Positions 38,459 through 52,030 of a stretch of 64,000 nucleotides of DNA are shown piece by piece. The notes under the pieces were generated by a model. The model had not been told where the DNA came from and searched no databases. It was given only the letters and a program-made list of their open reading frames with translations. The position numbers were made by a program, and so were the translations under genes. Position 1 is the first letter of the stretch. Each line of letters opens with the position of its first letter. The stretch comes from Camelus dromedarius (taxonomy: Eukaryota), in NCBI RefSeq assembly GCF_036321535.1, contig NC_087436.1:73782001-73846000 (forward strand), read 5' to 3'.

Positions 38459-38681
38459 GCCCACCTGTGCGCCTGCCCCAGCTCACATGGCAACTCCTTT
38501 GGCCCTGGTGCTGGTGGTGGCTGTGACCATGTGGACAGCCTTGTTCCCCTCCAGTCTGGCTGAGTTCGTCTTGGAGCGGGCGGAAGTGGTGTCCCCACTG
38601 AGCTCTTGGAATAGAGTGGTTGAAGGGCTCTCACTGTTGAACTTGGGAGTATTTCTATATTCTGGAGCAGTATTTCATGAA
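38459..38681 (+). pseudogene. PIGU: PIGU processed fragment (5'UTR + first 65 codons), 5' part of a chimeric retrocopy
   Basis: [65 protein letters not shown] closely matches the recalled PIGU N-terminus [65 protein letters not shown]; intronless. Confidence 0.9.
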
Positions 38682-39060
38682 TTCTTTCACGTATTCTTCA
38701 GTCCTGGCCTTTGAGAGAGACAGAAACTCAGTACAGCATTCGCATCTTTTTCTTCAGCATCCACCTGGACAATATATGTTCTGGCATGAAAACCTCTAAG
38801 AGATTAAAGTTCTTTTTCAAAGTCATCTGCCAAGCCATCCTTCACCATATAGTAAGCTCAGTCGATAGCAGGTGGATTTTCAGGTAGAATAGCCAACCTG
38901 GAGATGAGGGTCCCATTCCAGAATTTTAAGGAGTTGGCACTGGCCTTTTGGTTTTTTGTTATGATCTCTCCAAAAGCTACCCAGTCAGTGCCTTTTAGAG
39001 CAAGTTTTTGTCCAGCCATCCTGAGATCCTTTACTGACCCTGGTAGCCTACAGTAGCAAG
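38682..39060 (-). pseudogene. ATP5PD: ATP5PD (ATP5H, ATP synthase subunit d) processed pseudogene fragment, antisense within the retrocopy
   Basis: From ATG at 39019: [56 protein letters not shown]...GLADDFEK...QVDAEEK; stop at 38858-38860 plus frameshifts. Confidence 0.88.
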
Positions 39061-40293
39061 TGGGTTTTATGTTTATTGTGATAGGAAGGCATTATAGACT
39101 TTTAAAGCAGGAGATAGGTGATCATATTTTATTTTACATTTAATAAATATCGCTGTGGTGATTATCATTTTGTAATGAATAGAAATATCGAATCACCGTG
39201 TTGTGCACCTGGAACTAAGAGTGTTGTAGGTCAGTTATACTTCTTAATTAAAAAAAACTTTTGAAAAAGTAAAAAGAAACAGGTGAAATTACTTATATTT
39301 TATTTAATCTAAAACGTGAAAAAAGTATCATTTCAAAATGTAGTCAGCGTAAAAACATTAAATGACTAGCGACATTTCAGATGCTCAGTAGCTACGAGTG
39401 GTTAGTGACTACCATATTAAGCAGTGCAGGTCTAGTTATTTGTTTAGCATGTTGTATTACCTTGATACTAAATTTTAAATAAAAGATGTGGATGGAGGGA
39501 AGGAGAGATCCTGTGCTTATTTTGATTTGTTTTAGAAAATTTTCTAAATCTCCTTAGTCCTTTTGTTCTTTCCCTCTTCACTAAGTCTTTATATCTCGTT
39601 ATTCTTTCTCCTTGATTAAGCAGGACAAAGATTAAACTGCATTCTCTCTCTTTTTAGTAGTGTTTACCTTTGTTTGTTTCTGGAATTGGACTATCCTAAG
39701 TTCATTCACTCGTTTCCCCTTGAATTTAAAGGAGAATCCTAGGAAACAAATGTAGTTTCTATAATTAACCATCAAAGACCTTTCCAGCATAACACTTCTA
39801 TAATCTGTGATTTGTCTGAAGTTTTAGTTATTCAAAATTATACAATTGATATACAGTTAAAAGAAATGTTTTCTAGTGGGAAGAGATTAGTGCAAGGCAT
39901 TTAAAGATAATTCCCACCCCACTAATTCACTAAGTCTTTGAATAATACATTGCTTACAAAGAAAATAATCAATAATATTTTGCCAGTTAAATTAGTGAAA
40001 AGTGGGTTAGAAATAGAACATTTCCTATTTATTATAAATCAGTATAATGTAGTAGAATCCTGTTGTTTTGAGTTTATAGAAGGCATATGACTCATTCCTA
40101 GGTAAAGGGTTGCCACACATGTGAAAGGCACATAAAATAATGTGAATAGTAATAGATTGATGTAGAGTCTTTAACTCTTAAAAGTATAGTAATAGAGAGC
40201 CTAATGCTCTTTTATAAAGGGATTAAGGCATTCAGGGAGCTGCTAGTGTATTTTTTCAGAAACTCTTAATAGAATACTATTTCTTTGATTTTT

Positions 40294-40404
40294 GTAGGGG
40301 GGAGGTAATTATGTTTGTTTATTTTTCCGTAGAGATACTTAGGATTGAATCCAGGACCTCGTCGTACTAAGTATGCACTCTTGCCACTGAGCTATACCCT
40401 TCCC
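40294..40404 (-). mobile_element. Camelid Vic-1-type tRNA(Ala)-derived SINE
   Basis: Minus strand GGGAAGGGTATAGCTCAGTGGCAAGAGTGCATACTTAG...GAGGTCCTGGATTCAATCC...ATAATTACCTCCCCCC; A/B boxes; flanking TCT(T/G)TGATTTT repeats. Confidence 0.8.
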
Positions 40405-41337
40405 TCTGTGATTTTCTTGTAATGTTATTAAAATACTCTTCCCAGAAATCAGACAGATCCTGCAGGCTATATGCAAGGCAGCCACTAGGCACTGGGTGAG
40501 GCTGTATTTTGGAAAAATTGCATAAACAATAAAGAAATCACTAAGGCATTAAGGAATAGTACATATTTTATTGATATTTAAAAGCATTCCAAAAGGACAG
40601 TGAATTTTGAGTAAGGATGTTTCTGAGCATATACTTAGTCTCTTTCTGGGACTTTGACATAAGAAGACATTTTCAAAACCTGTACCCGGCTGATGCAGTC
40701 TGGTATTTGAGAATGAGATGTACAAGAGCTCACATTTCATAAGGACAGCTTCATCTGTGATGTGTGTTACCCCAAACATTGCAGTCTCAAATGCATGCAC
40801 AAAAGAAGGACCAGATTTCAGTGGCCACTGTCACCATATGAACCTTCAAATTTCTGATGTTAAAGGAGAGACAGTTACGTGCTTAAGGATGAGCACAAAA
40901 AGAAGAAATAAGCTTTTAGCTTCCAGTGATTGAAGATTTGAAAGCTAATGACAGTTCAGTTTAGTTTGCTTTTCAACTGTACCTTTTCATGCTGGTCAGA
41001 CACCGGCTATCGTATCTTGTTCCTGGAGTTGGATAGCTTTCCATTGTCTTAATTAAGTTTATTGCAAAGGAGAGGGTTTCCTGGAACAGACAAATTGCAG
41101 GTGATTTATTGAACTATAAATCTTCCATTTTCTTGGAAGTTGATTAAGATTTTCAGTCTATCATTCCTCTTTTGAAAAGAAAAACTTAATGTTTTACCTT
41201 TCTGGGAGGAGAGTTATCAAGTAAGAATCATTATTTACTTTTTTTAACCTGGCAAAGCACAATATATAAGTACTGTTTGTTTTACATAGAATTAAACTTG
41301 CTTGCCTTGGAATATTACTATTTGCCAAGTTGATTTT

Positions 41338-43950
41338 TTTAAACATTTTTTTTTATTGAGCTGTAGTCATTTTACAATGCTGTGTCAAATTCCAGTGTAG
41401 AGCACAATCTTTCAGCTGTACACGAACATACATACATTCATTGTCACATTCTCTCTCTGTGAGCCACCACAAGATCCTGTATACGCCTTCCTGTGCTACA
41501 CAGTACAATCCTGCCTATCCATTCTACATTTTGAAATCCCAGTCTGTCTCCTCCCACCCCCATCCCTCTGGCAACCACAAGTTTGCATTCTATGTCTATG
41601 AGTCTGTTTCTGTTTTGTATTTATGTTTTTTGTTTTTTTTTTTTTTTTTTAGATTCTGCATATGAGCGATCTCATATGGTATTTTTCTTTCTCTTTCTGG
41701 CTTACTTCACTTAGAATGACATTCTCCAGGAGCATCCATGTTGCTGCAAATGGCATTATGTTGTTGGTTTTTATGGCTGAATAGTATTCCATTGTATAAA
41801 TATACCACATCTTTATCCAGTCATCTGTTGTTGGACATTTAGGCTGTTTCCATGTCTTGGCTATTGTAAATAGTGCTGCTATGAACATTGGGGTACAGAT
41901 GTCATTTTGAAGTAGGATTCCTTCTGGATATATGCCCAGGAGCGGGATTCCTGGGTCATGTGGTACATCTCTTCCTAGTCTTTTGAGGAGTCTCCATACT
42001 GTTTTCCACAGTGGCTGCACCAAACTGCATTCCCACCAGCAGTGTAGGAGGGTTCCCTTTGCTCCACAGCCTCTCCAGCATTTGTCATTTGTGGACTTTT
42101 GAATGATGGCCTTTCTGACTGGTGTGAGGTGATACCTCATCATAGTTTTGATTTGCATTTCTCTGATAATTAGTGATATTGAGCATTTTTTCATGTGCCT
42201 ATTGATCATTTGTATTTCTTCCTTGGAGAATTGCTTGTTTAGGTCTTTGGCCCAATTTTGGATTGGGTTATTTGTTTTTTTCTTATTAAGTTGTATGAGC
42301 TGCTTATATGTTCTGGAGATCAAGCCTTTGTCGGTTTCATTTGCAAAAATTTTTTCCCATTCCGTAGGTTGTCATTTTGTTTTACTTATGGTTTCCTTTG
42401 CTGTGCAGAAGCTTGTAAGTTTCATTAGGTCCCATTTGTTTATTCTTGCTTTTATTTCTATTGTTTGGGTAGACCGTCCTAGGAGAACATTTTTGAGATG
42501 TATGTGAGTTAATGTTTTGCCTTTATTTTCTTCTAGGAGGTTAATTGTATCTTGTCTTATGTTTAAGTCTTTGATCCATTTTGAGTTTATTTTTGTGTAT
42601 GGTGTAAGGGAGTGTTCTAGCTTCATTGCTTTACATACTGCTGTCCAGTTTTCCCAACACCATTTGCTGAAGAGACTGTCTTTATTCCATTGTATATTCT
42701 TGCCTCCTGTGTCGAGGATCAGTTGACCAAAAGTTTGTGGGTTCATTTCTGGGCTCCCTATTCTGTTCCATTGGTCCATATGTCTGTTTTTGTACCAATA
42801 CCATGCTGTCTTGATGACTGTAGCTCTGTAGTATTGTCTGAAGTCTGGGAGAGTTATTCCTCCAGCCTCTTTCTTTTTCTTCAGTAATGCTTTTGCAATT
42901 CTAGGTCTTTTGTGGTTCCATATAAATCTTACTATGATTTGTTCTAGTTCTGTGAAATATGTCCTGGGTAATTTGATAGGGATTGCATTAAATCTGTGGA
43001 TTTCCTTGGGCAGTATGGCCATTTTAACAGTATTGATTCTTCCAATCCAGAAGCATGGGATATCTTTCCATTTTTTAAAATCTTCTTTAATTTCCTTAAT
43101 CAGTGTTTTATAGTTTTCTGTGTATAATTCTTTCACCTCCTTGGTTAGATTTACTCCTAGGTATTTTATTACTTCGGGTGCTATTTTAAAGGGGATTGTT
43201 TCTTTAGTTTCTTTTTCTGTTGATTCATCATTAGTGTAAAGAAATGCAGCTGATTTTTGAACATTAATCTTGTAAGCTGCTACCTTGCTGAATTCTTTGA
43301 TTGTATCTAGTAGTTTTTGTGTGGACCTTTTAGGGTTTTCTGTATATAGTATCATGTCATCTGCATATAGTGACACTTTTACTTCTTCTTTTCCAATTTG
43401 GATCCCTTTTATTTCTCTCTCTTGCCTGATTGCTGTGTCTAGGACTTCCAAGACTATGTTGAATAGGAGTGGTGATAGTAGGCACCCTTGTCTTGTCCCA
43501 GATTTTAGTGGGAAGCTTTTGAGTTTTTCACTGTTAAGTACTATTCTGGCTGTAGGTTTGTCTTATATAGCTTTTATTATGTTGAAATATGTTCCCTCTA
43601 TACCCACTTTGGCGAGAGTTTTTATCATAAATGGGTGTTGAATTTTATCAAAAGCTTTTTGTGCATCTGTTGAGATGATCATGTGGTTTTTGTCCTTTCT
43701 CTTGTCGATGTGATGTATTACATTGATTGATTTGCATGTGTTGAACCATCCTTGTGTCCCTGGGATGACCCCACTTGATCATGATGTATAATCTGTTTTA
43801 TGTACTGTTGGATTCTATTTGCTAATACTTTGGTAAGGATTTTTGTATCTATGTTCATCAATGATATCGGTCTGTAATTCTCTTTTTTGGTGGTGTCTTT
43901 GCCTGGTTTTGGTATCAGGGTGATGGTGGCTTCATAGAATGAGTTTGAGA
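41338..43950 (-). mobile_element. Young 5'-truncated LINE-1 (RT through 3' end)
   Basis: Minus ORFs of 359 and 224 aa closely similar to element B ORF2; 12-bp TSD CAAGTTGATTTT at 41326-41337 and 43951-43962. Confidence 0.95.
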
Positions 43951-46149
43951 CAAGTTGATTTTATTAGAGCATAATTAACAGGTGTCAAAGGGAAGCTACT
44001 TGATTTGTTTTCACAATAATTCATAAGGGAAAAAAACTTGGGTTTGAAAATGAATTACCTTTCTTTAGAGTTTTAGGTAAAATTGTAAGACCTCGTATGT
44101 TAAAATTTAGAAGAAAAAACAGTCAAGTTCTTTTTTCTCATTGAATAGATTAAACTCTCTTTTCTGTGTCCTCTATACTCCTCACAGAATGTTTGCTGCT
44201 ATTTGCATGTATTTGAGCCAGGAGCAGTGGGTTGTGTAAAACAGCTTCAACATCACCATAAACTTCAGAGAAATCATTTTTCTCACAACAAAGGCAGCTC
44301 TGTGCATGGCTTTATTGGCCGCCTGGAAAATGACTGCAATCTACAACTGCCAGGTCAATGTGGATGTTGATGTTAATTTTCCAAGTTGGGAAACAATGTG
44401 CTTATTGTTAGGGGATAGAAACATGTGAGAGATTAGCAATGAGCAATTTTACAAACAACTAATTGAAAGAGGCTTGGTTCAGTAAGAGGAAGGAAAATTG
44501 TGCAGTAGCTTCCCTTATTATTTTTTCTGCAACTCAGAGAAGCTGAAGGAGAGGGAAAAATAGATCTGGCAGTTATTATTTCAAGGCTAGTTGGATAAAG
44601 AGTAATGCACAAAAGGATCTTGCCTGGAGAGATGAGTCCTGCATGTGAATATTAGAGGAGCTATGTATGTAAGGTATGAAGCTGCATTGGATTAATTTAT
44701 ATTTTTTAGAAAATAGGCTAAATAAAATGGTGATTTATAAGGAGCATTTTAGTACCCATGGCTTGCCAAAATGAACTTTAACTAAATGTAATGTTTTAAA
44801 TAGGGATATAGTCAGGAATGTAAAAACAAAAACAAAAACAAAAAAAAAACTGGAAGGACATTTTTTGTTACAAATATTATATTTCTTATCTTGGTCCTTA
44901 GACTAAATGAATGTCTTTTGGAGTCAAAACAAGAACAATTCTTTCAAATATTTAGATAGGCTGTGTATTACTTTTGTTTTGTAGGTTATGCTGAATGCTA
45001 TTTTCCTTTTTAATAAAAAGTCAACAGAATGTTCTTCTCATTTTTCTGTTTCTAAGACTTTCCTAACTTCCTGGTTTCACCTGAGAAGCATACATAATCT
45101 AGCTTACTTTCCATGTTTCTTGCTTCTCTAGTCTTTTAATTTTAATGTGTAGGTAGGTGAGCAGTATGAGATGTGGTCAGGGAAATGTGGCTTACTCCTC
45201 AGCTCTGGTTTCCTAACTCTCACCTTGCATCTGTGCTTGTTGATGGTAGCAGAATGGGTGATGAAGACCATAATAATTGCCATCGTTTGTTGGATTCCTG
45301 CCATGTGCCGAGTATTTTATATTGTGTCTCACTAGTCCTTATAATAATTCTGTAAGAAAGGGCACCGATATCCCCTTTTTAAAGAAGAAAATGAGGTTTC
45401 AAGAGATTATATAACTCTTCCCCTAATCATTTAACATACTAAGTACTAGAGTCATGGGACAGTAGCAATGAAAAAGCCCACTTGAGTTAGACTAGTGGAG
45501 GGAGACTTTTACTTATATCTGTGGTGTCTTCTCAAAATCTGAAGAATGTGCAGAATCCAAAGCTGAGCCTGGAAAGCCTCAAAAGAGGCATGTGAGCATA
45601 TCGCCAAAACTAAGGGCTCCAGAAACAGGTCTCAGATTTCCAGGAATGCCAGAGTTAGGGAAAAAGAGAAGTAGTTTTAGAGTAAGGGGGGAGCAGATCT
45701 AGGGATTACCAAGAACCAGCATTATTGTTTAATAGCTGCAGAGTACTGGGGTGTTGGATGTGTTTAGATAGACCAGGAAAGAGGCAGAGTTCTGTTGCCC
45801 ATCAGGTTGGGGAAAGAGTGAATAAGAGAAAGAAATGTATTCCTAACATCTCAAGTTGAGACTCATAATACATTTTTTCCTAGAAAAATAATATATATTA
45901 GTTTAGTTAAATTTCTTGGCTAGCCTGCTAAAATAGTTACCACAAAGGAACTTGAAATATAGGTTCTGTCATGAAAAAAATCGTCCTGGTGGGAAATAAA
46001 GGGAATCCAAATAAACTTTTGAATTAGGCTTCGTTGATAGGTAGAGAACTACCTGGAAATTAGAATTTTACAAAACCAAACTTTGGGGTGTTATCATGAC
46101 TTACAGATATTCATTAAAAAGATAATTTACTCTTAATTTTTAAAGAGTT

Positions 46150-46900
46150 TAAAAAAGTAGTGATACTTTTGAAGATTAGTGGTCAGTTATTTTATAGAAT
46201 CTTCTTCAATTTTGGCTTATCTTATATTTTCTCATAATTGGAATGAGGTTATGCATTTTTGGCAAGAAAACAACCAAATGCTGTTATATCCTTTTTAGTG
46301 TACCATCAGGGAGTTTATATTGTTGATACGTCTTATGACTAGTGATATTTACTTTGATCATTTGGTTAAGTTTGTGTCTGCAAAGAAGAACCATCACATC
46401 TTGGAGACTAAGTATAAGTAACTTAATGCAATATAGGTAGGTCCTGGATAGGATCCTAGAAAAAGAATGTTAGTGGAAAAATTGGTGAAATTTAAATAAA
46501 ATGTGTTGTTTAGTTAGCAATATCATACCAATGTTCATTTCGTATTCTTGATAATTATGCTATGGTGATAAAAGATACTAACATTAGGGGAAGGGAAGTG
46601 ATGGAGATGAGGATACCTGTACTGTTTTTGCGACTTTCTGTAAGTCTAAAATTAACTCAAAAGAAAAAGTTAAAAATAGTGATATCTAATACTTACATAA
46701 CGCCTATTGTGTGCCAGACTCTGTTAATTCTTTGATTCTTCTCAGCCCAGTGAGGGGAACAATTATTACTACCATTTGACAGATGAGGAAATTGGATACA
46801 GAGAAATAAGAAAAATGTCCAATGTCACATAGTTATTAAGTGATCACATAGCTAGAAAGTGGCTGAGTTGGGGTTTGAAGTGAGGCATTCTGGATCCAGA
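46150..46900. mobile_element. Old L1M fragments followed by a MIR
   Basis: L1MC-like 3' text, then MIR core CCATTTGACAGATGAGGAAATTGG...GTCACATAG. Confidence 0.55.
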
Positions 46901-48799
46901 AATCCATTACATCATACTGACTTTCAGTGTGATCTGTGTATATACACATGGTTTTAAAATAATTCTGACATACCAAAGACAGGTCTGTCCTCCCCTGAGG
47001 CAATCTCTGTTACTAAGTTTTTTGGTTTTTGTTTGTTTGTCTTAAACCTTCAGAGAAGAATTTACTCTTAAACATTGATAGCAGCCCATTTTGGTTTTTA
47101 TCAATAATAATCAAAGCTGTGCTGTCGCAATGTTTTTGTTCTCTCTTCAAAAGCTTCTCATGGTATGCTGACTATTGTAGATAGCAGCTATCTTGGAAAC
47201 TTGGGGAATCCCTTCTAGATGGTTGGACAGGAAGCCTTTATGAGTAAGGTTCTAATTTCTCATAACTATAAGTTGCATTCTGTGCAATAAGATTAAGTAG
47301 AGCCAAACTTCACTTAGAATTTAACCAAGAACTTCTGCTTTCCTTCTCATGAATGCCTTAATAAGCATAAGTGTATTTTTCATCTTAGTATTAAGATTAT
47401 TTGCTTATACTAGGAAAAAACCACTTGCTAGCCATTGTAACAAAGGCTTTGTTTGTATTCTTTAGAAATAAAGATTATCATGGAGTGGAGTACTGCAGAT
47501 GGAACCTTTGAGTGTCTGAATGCATTACGTGAGTCTGGTTACCAGATAATGTGGAGACTGAGCCTAAGCTTCCTATAACTTTATAGGTAGAGGGTTCCAC
47601 AAGGTACATATTGCTCTGAAGGAAGAGTTTATCTTTGAGTGAAATAGAGATTTGATAAGGTACATATATTAAGTTACTGACGTACTAAGCTTCATAATTC
47701 TAGAAATCAATCATTGCTGATTCTTATGTTTAAAGGAATTCATGTCTGTCTTTAATCTTGGGCAAAAAGAAAAGAAACTAGTTGTTTAAAAGGTGAGAAA
47801 AAGAGCAGGAATTTCCTACCTATTTATGTACATACACACGCAGACATAGCAAGCATACCGTGTTTGCTGCAGAAACAACTATGTTTGTCTTTCTTTCCAT
47901 AGCTAAGGCATTTTTTTCCTGTGTTTTGAATTAAAATGTGTAAACAGCAGCAATAGTGACTTCTTTCCTGTTACCTTTGGATTCATGGTTCAGGGGAAGA
48001 ATCTAATAGTAGAGATTTGCTTTGGAAAGTCCAAAGGCCAAAGTTCTATTAATTTTCTTACTGTCACCTCTTCCCTTTCTCTTGCTTTTATTTCAAAATT
48101 TATTCACATACTTATCTTTCTGCATCCTTAGTTTAATTGATTATAATATGGAATTGAATTTAAAATATCTATAAACTTTATTTTTAAAAGGTTATTTCTT
48201 GGTTTTAAATTTAAAAGTTTGTGAGTTGACCCTTTCTTGTTTCTCTAAAAACTTGAATTAAGTGGCTTTTTGTTTGTATTCTTTATTGATTTTTACCCTT
48301 GTAGGGAAAGATATTAATGTCTTTTACTTGCCATTCAGTACTATCATTACATATTCAGGCCATTCCAAATTGTGTGAATAACTAAACTACCAAGTGGCTT
48401 TGACAGGTTAGAGGATTGAATTAGTGTAAAGTTCAACAGCATTAAGAGCAAGGGAATTTATACAGTCTACTTGTTTATTCTCTGAAGTAAATGTGTGCTG
48501 GAGAACTACCACATTTGTATTTGCCTTACAAAGAGACATGAGGGACACAGAATAAACTATTTGCTAAATATGAGTTAAATGTATATCACTAACACCTACA
48601 AAATTAGCAAAAGGATTGTTGATGGGGTGATATTCAAGAAATCTGTGAGTTATTGGTCAGGAAATCAGAACCATACTTTCCTATTTTAAATGATGAGGAT
48701 GATTCTTAAACTTGAGAGGTTTCCTCCTGGGAAGGAACCTTGTCTGATTTTTCTTTGATCTTCTGTTTGCCTTGCATATAGGAGATATGCATGATATGC

Positions 48800-49137
48800 A
48801 TGATGATTTAATGTTTGTATATATTGTGAAATGATCACCACAGTAAGTCTAGTTACCATCCGCCACCATATGTACAGGGTTTTTTTTCCTTGTAATGAGA
48901 ATTTTTAAGATCTGCTCTCTTAGCAACTTTCAGCTATGCAATACAGTGTTATTATTAACTCTAGTCATCATGCTATACAGTAGATACCTGTGACTTATTT
49001 ATTTTATAACTGGAAGTTTGTATCTTTGTCGACTCCCTTCACCCATTTTGCTCACTCCCCAACCCCCACCCTGGCAACCAGTCTGTTCTCTGTATCTATG
49101 AGCTTGTTTTTTTAGATTCCATATATAAGTGAGATCA
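48800..49137 (-). mobile_element. L1 3'UTR fragment
   Basis: TATTGTGAAATGATCACCACAGTAAGTCTAGTT...TTTTAGATTCCATATATAAGTGAGATC. Confidence 0.7.
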
Positions 49138-50819
49138 AGTGTCAATAAGTATATTTATGTATCTTGGCTTGCAAAATCTATTTGACTTTCAAGGTACCTA
49201 AAATTCAAGCCCACAAGTACTAGAGAACTTAGGTATTATGTAATAATATTGTCTTTGAGAGTTGTTATAAAGTGTTGTCACAACTTCCCTCTATCCTTAA
49301 TTCCTGTTACTGGCCTGGACCTATCTTAGGGCAAGGAAGAGTAAATTGGGATAGCTTCAATCTCAGGAAAACTTAATATTTGCAGCGGATAAAGAAGGAG
49401 TGGCATGAAGAAGTGAGAAACCTCAGAATCCTGTACTGTGCTTCTGGATTGGAAAAGGGAGTCTCTCTGGTTAGTGAACCAGTTTACTCATGCTGAGATA
49501 GTATGAAAGGATATACCATAATAATCAGTTATGCTGATTAGGTGCATTAGGATTAAACGATGTAGGAATCCTGAACTAGAATCAAATATCCACTTCCAAA
49601 TTTTATTAGCATTGTCATATATTCTACTTAAGGCTTTCAATAATACACAAAAGGTCTTCATTCATTCTAATCCTACATAAGTGTAGAAAGGAAGCCTCTT
49701 AAATAAAAAATTTTGATTAACCATCTATTTCAGAGACTGGTATTGACAGTGTGAAACAACTAGAATGTCGTGTCTAAATGTAAACAAACAAAAAAAACCC
49801 CAGCAGCTGTGTTGAGACAATGCATCAGTTTGAAAGGTGATGTTATTCTTTGGGAACATGGAGTGAGGAGCAGGGTTTGGGACAGGGACTGCAGCAGTCT
49901 TTTCAGCCTGTCTTGATATATGTTTGGATAGGATTTCTCTTTATTTTAAAGTATTATAAGTTTATCAGTCATAAACCAAATTCAGATGTTAAGATTGCTT
50001 TGAAAATACCACTACTGCCCCAACAAATGAAATATATTTCAAAAACAAATGATTTTTGAATTATCCACCATTGGATTGATTATCTGTGGAATATGTTTCT
50101 CTTCATTCAAAAGACAATTTAGAATTGGCTACAGGGTACTCATGTCTCTGTCATGTAAAATCACTGAATAAAAGAAGAGGAAAGGCACTGTGTCCCATCT
50201 TCCTGCATTCTTGTCATTTCTCTTCTCCTTCCTTTATTTCTCCCTCCTTTTATCTCTTTGGGGCTGAACTTCTAATTTTACCTGGGCAAGAGAGGATGAC
50301 TGAATATGTCAACTTGACAGTCAAAGAGTTATTTTCTAGGTCTCTCTTCCAATTGTTTCCCGGTTAAGCAGTCTTTCCTTTGAATACAAAGAGTATAGGA
50401 TGCTATTCTGAGATACTGATTCATAATAGTTTTAGAAGGGATGGTGAGAGTGGGTGGCAACTTATTTTTCTGGTTGCAGAGCCAGATCAATCAACAGCCT
50501 AATTGAGTTTAGTGAAGACTTCTCTTAGAATGGATTATGACTTAAAGACTTGGAGAAGCTCCAGAAGTATGGCATTAAAATAGCCAGAAGTTTGGTGAAA
50601 AACTAAAGTAATAGAGATAATTTAATTTTAAAAGGAAAACTGAGACAAATAATAGTCACCAGGCAAATGAGTGTATGAAAGGAGTACTGGCCTATGCATT
50701 GGGAACTATATAGTTTTAATCTAGATTCTACTAGTTAACCAGGGTATTACCTGAATCCTGATAATTTGGGAAATAATGGGGCATTGGATGATTTGTAAGA
50801 TTTCTTTAAACTCTGATAG

Positions 50820-52030
50820 TATATGAGTTGGTGTCTATCAGCAACATTTCATACTTTTGAACCTCTTCTTGAAATTCTTTCCTTTTGTTTCTATGATATT
50901 GTACTCATACTTTTCCTCCTGCCTCTCTTGCTGTTCCATCTTTACAGACTCATCTTCCCCTTCCTGTTAATTAAATATTGTGTTTATCTTCAAGATTTTA
51001 ACCTAGATAGTCTTTTATCTTTCTTAGATATTACACTTTCTTTCCTGTATCGCTAGCTTAGACAGTCTAGTCAATGATCATGCTTCAGTAATTTTATATA
51101 TATATAATTGTATATGTGTGTGTGTGTGTGTGTGTGTATGTATATACACCCATGGTTCCCAAGTTATATGTCTAATCTAGAGCTCTGCTCTGAGTTCTGG
51201 ACCTGTATATAAACTGACTACTCAAATCCCCATTTGAGTAGTTAAGAGGCATCTCAAACTCAACTTACCCAAAACCAAACTCATAAAATCTTACCCTATA
51301 TAGTGTAGCTAATCTGAGTGTATGGTACCATCACCTACCAGTTACATCCAGTTGTGCAAGCCAGAAACATGAGAATCTGCAGTAGTCTCTTAAGTGATCA
51401 CATTGCATCTGTTCTGTTTTCCCTGTAACCTAGTCTCTGCAATGGAGCCAGAGGGATTTTTTAAAAAGGCGTACCCAATCTTGTGTGTCTGTGATACCCT
51501 TAAAATACTCCAACAATCTTTAAAATTAAGACCAAATTCATTATTATGGCCCTGCCTGCCTCCCCAGCTTCACCTTCTATCATTCTGCCCCTTGTTATCT
51601 CAGCACCAGCCTACTAGCCTTTTTTCGGTTCCTCAGATATATCATAGTTCTCCCACACAACCCACAGGGCCTTTGCTTTGCTTTGCTCTTCCTTGTGCCG
51701 AGAATATTTCCCATCCCCTTCCTCATTGCACATATTACTCATCCTTCTGCTTTGAGCTCAGTAGTAACTTTCTTTTAGAATCGTCTTCCCTGACCCCCTC
51801 TGATCTAAATCAGGTTCCTTTATTAAATACTCTTTTAGAAATGTTTGTTTCTTTCATAGCACTTAACTCAATTTATTATTATATAATCCTTTATGATTAT
51901 TTAATTAGTACTGCCTCTCCCACTAGACTCTAAATATTATAAGGGCAAGGACAGTGTCTGGGTTTTACTCACTCTTGTATATAAGATTCTTGTATAGTGC
52001 CTATCACATGATAAGTAGTTAAGAATTATT
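50820..52030 (-). mobile_element. Ancient L2 fragments with a (TA)/(TG)n microsatellite (~51095-51146)
   Basis: L2-typical text such as GGCATCTCAAACTCAAC and CTGCCTCTCCCACTAGACTCTAAA...AGGGCAAGGAC. Confidence 0.6.

Larger units (their letters stand above)
38378..39430. mobile_element. MER33-like hAT-Charlie element split by a retrocopy insertion
   Basis: Left half AGAAATATAATGGGAGCCACATA...TTCTAGTAGCCACAT continues after 39264 with AAACAGGTGAAATT...GTGACTACCATATTAAGCAGTGCAG. Confidence 0.7.

Noticed and set aside
40330..40404. tRNA-Ala-like sequence
   Set aside because: Degenerate and followed by a SINE body and tail; SINE, not a tRNA gene.
47203..47212. Isolated kB-like motif GGGGAATCCC (similar lone motifs at ~2432 and 6630)
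   Set aside because: Single 10-mers without a supporting cluster are expected by chance in 64 kb.
51394..51933. 179-aa plus-strand ORF (also 54931-55377 and 59354-59881)
   Set aside because: Non-ATG or repeat-derived frames within L2/L1 remnants; no recognisable protein.
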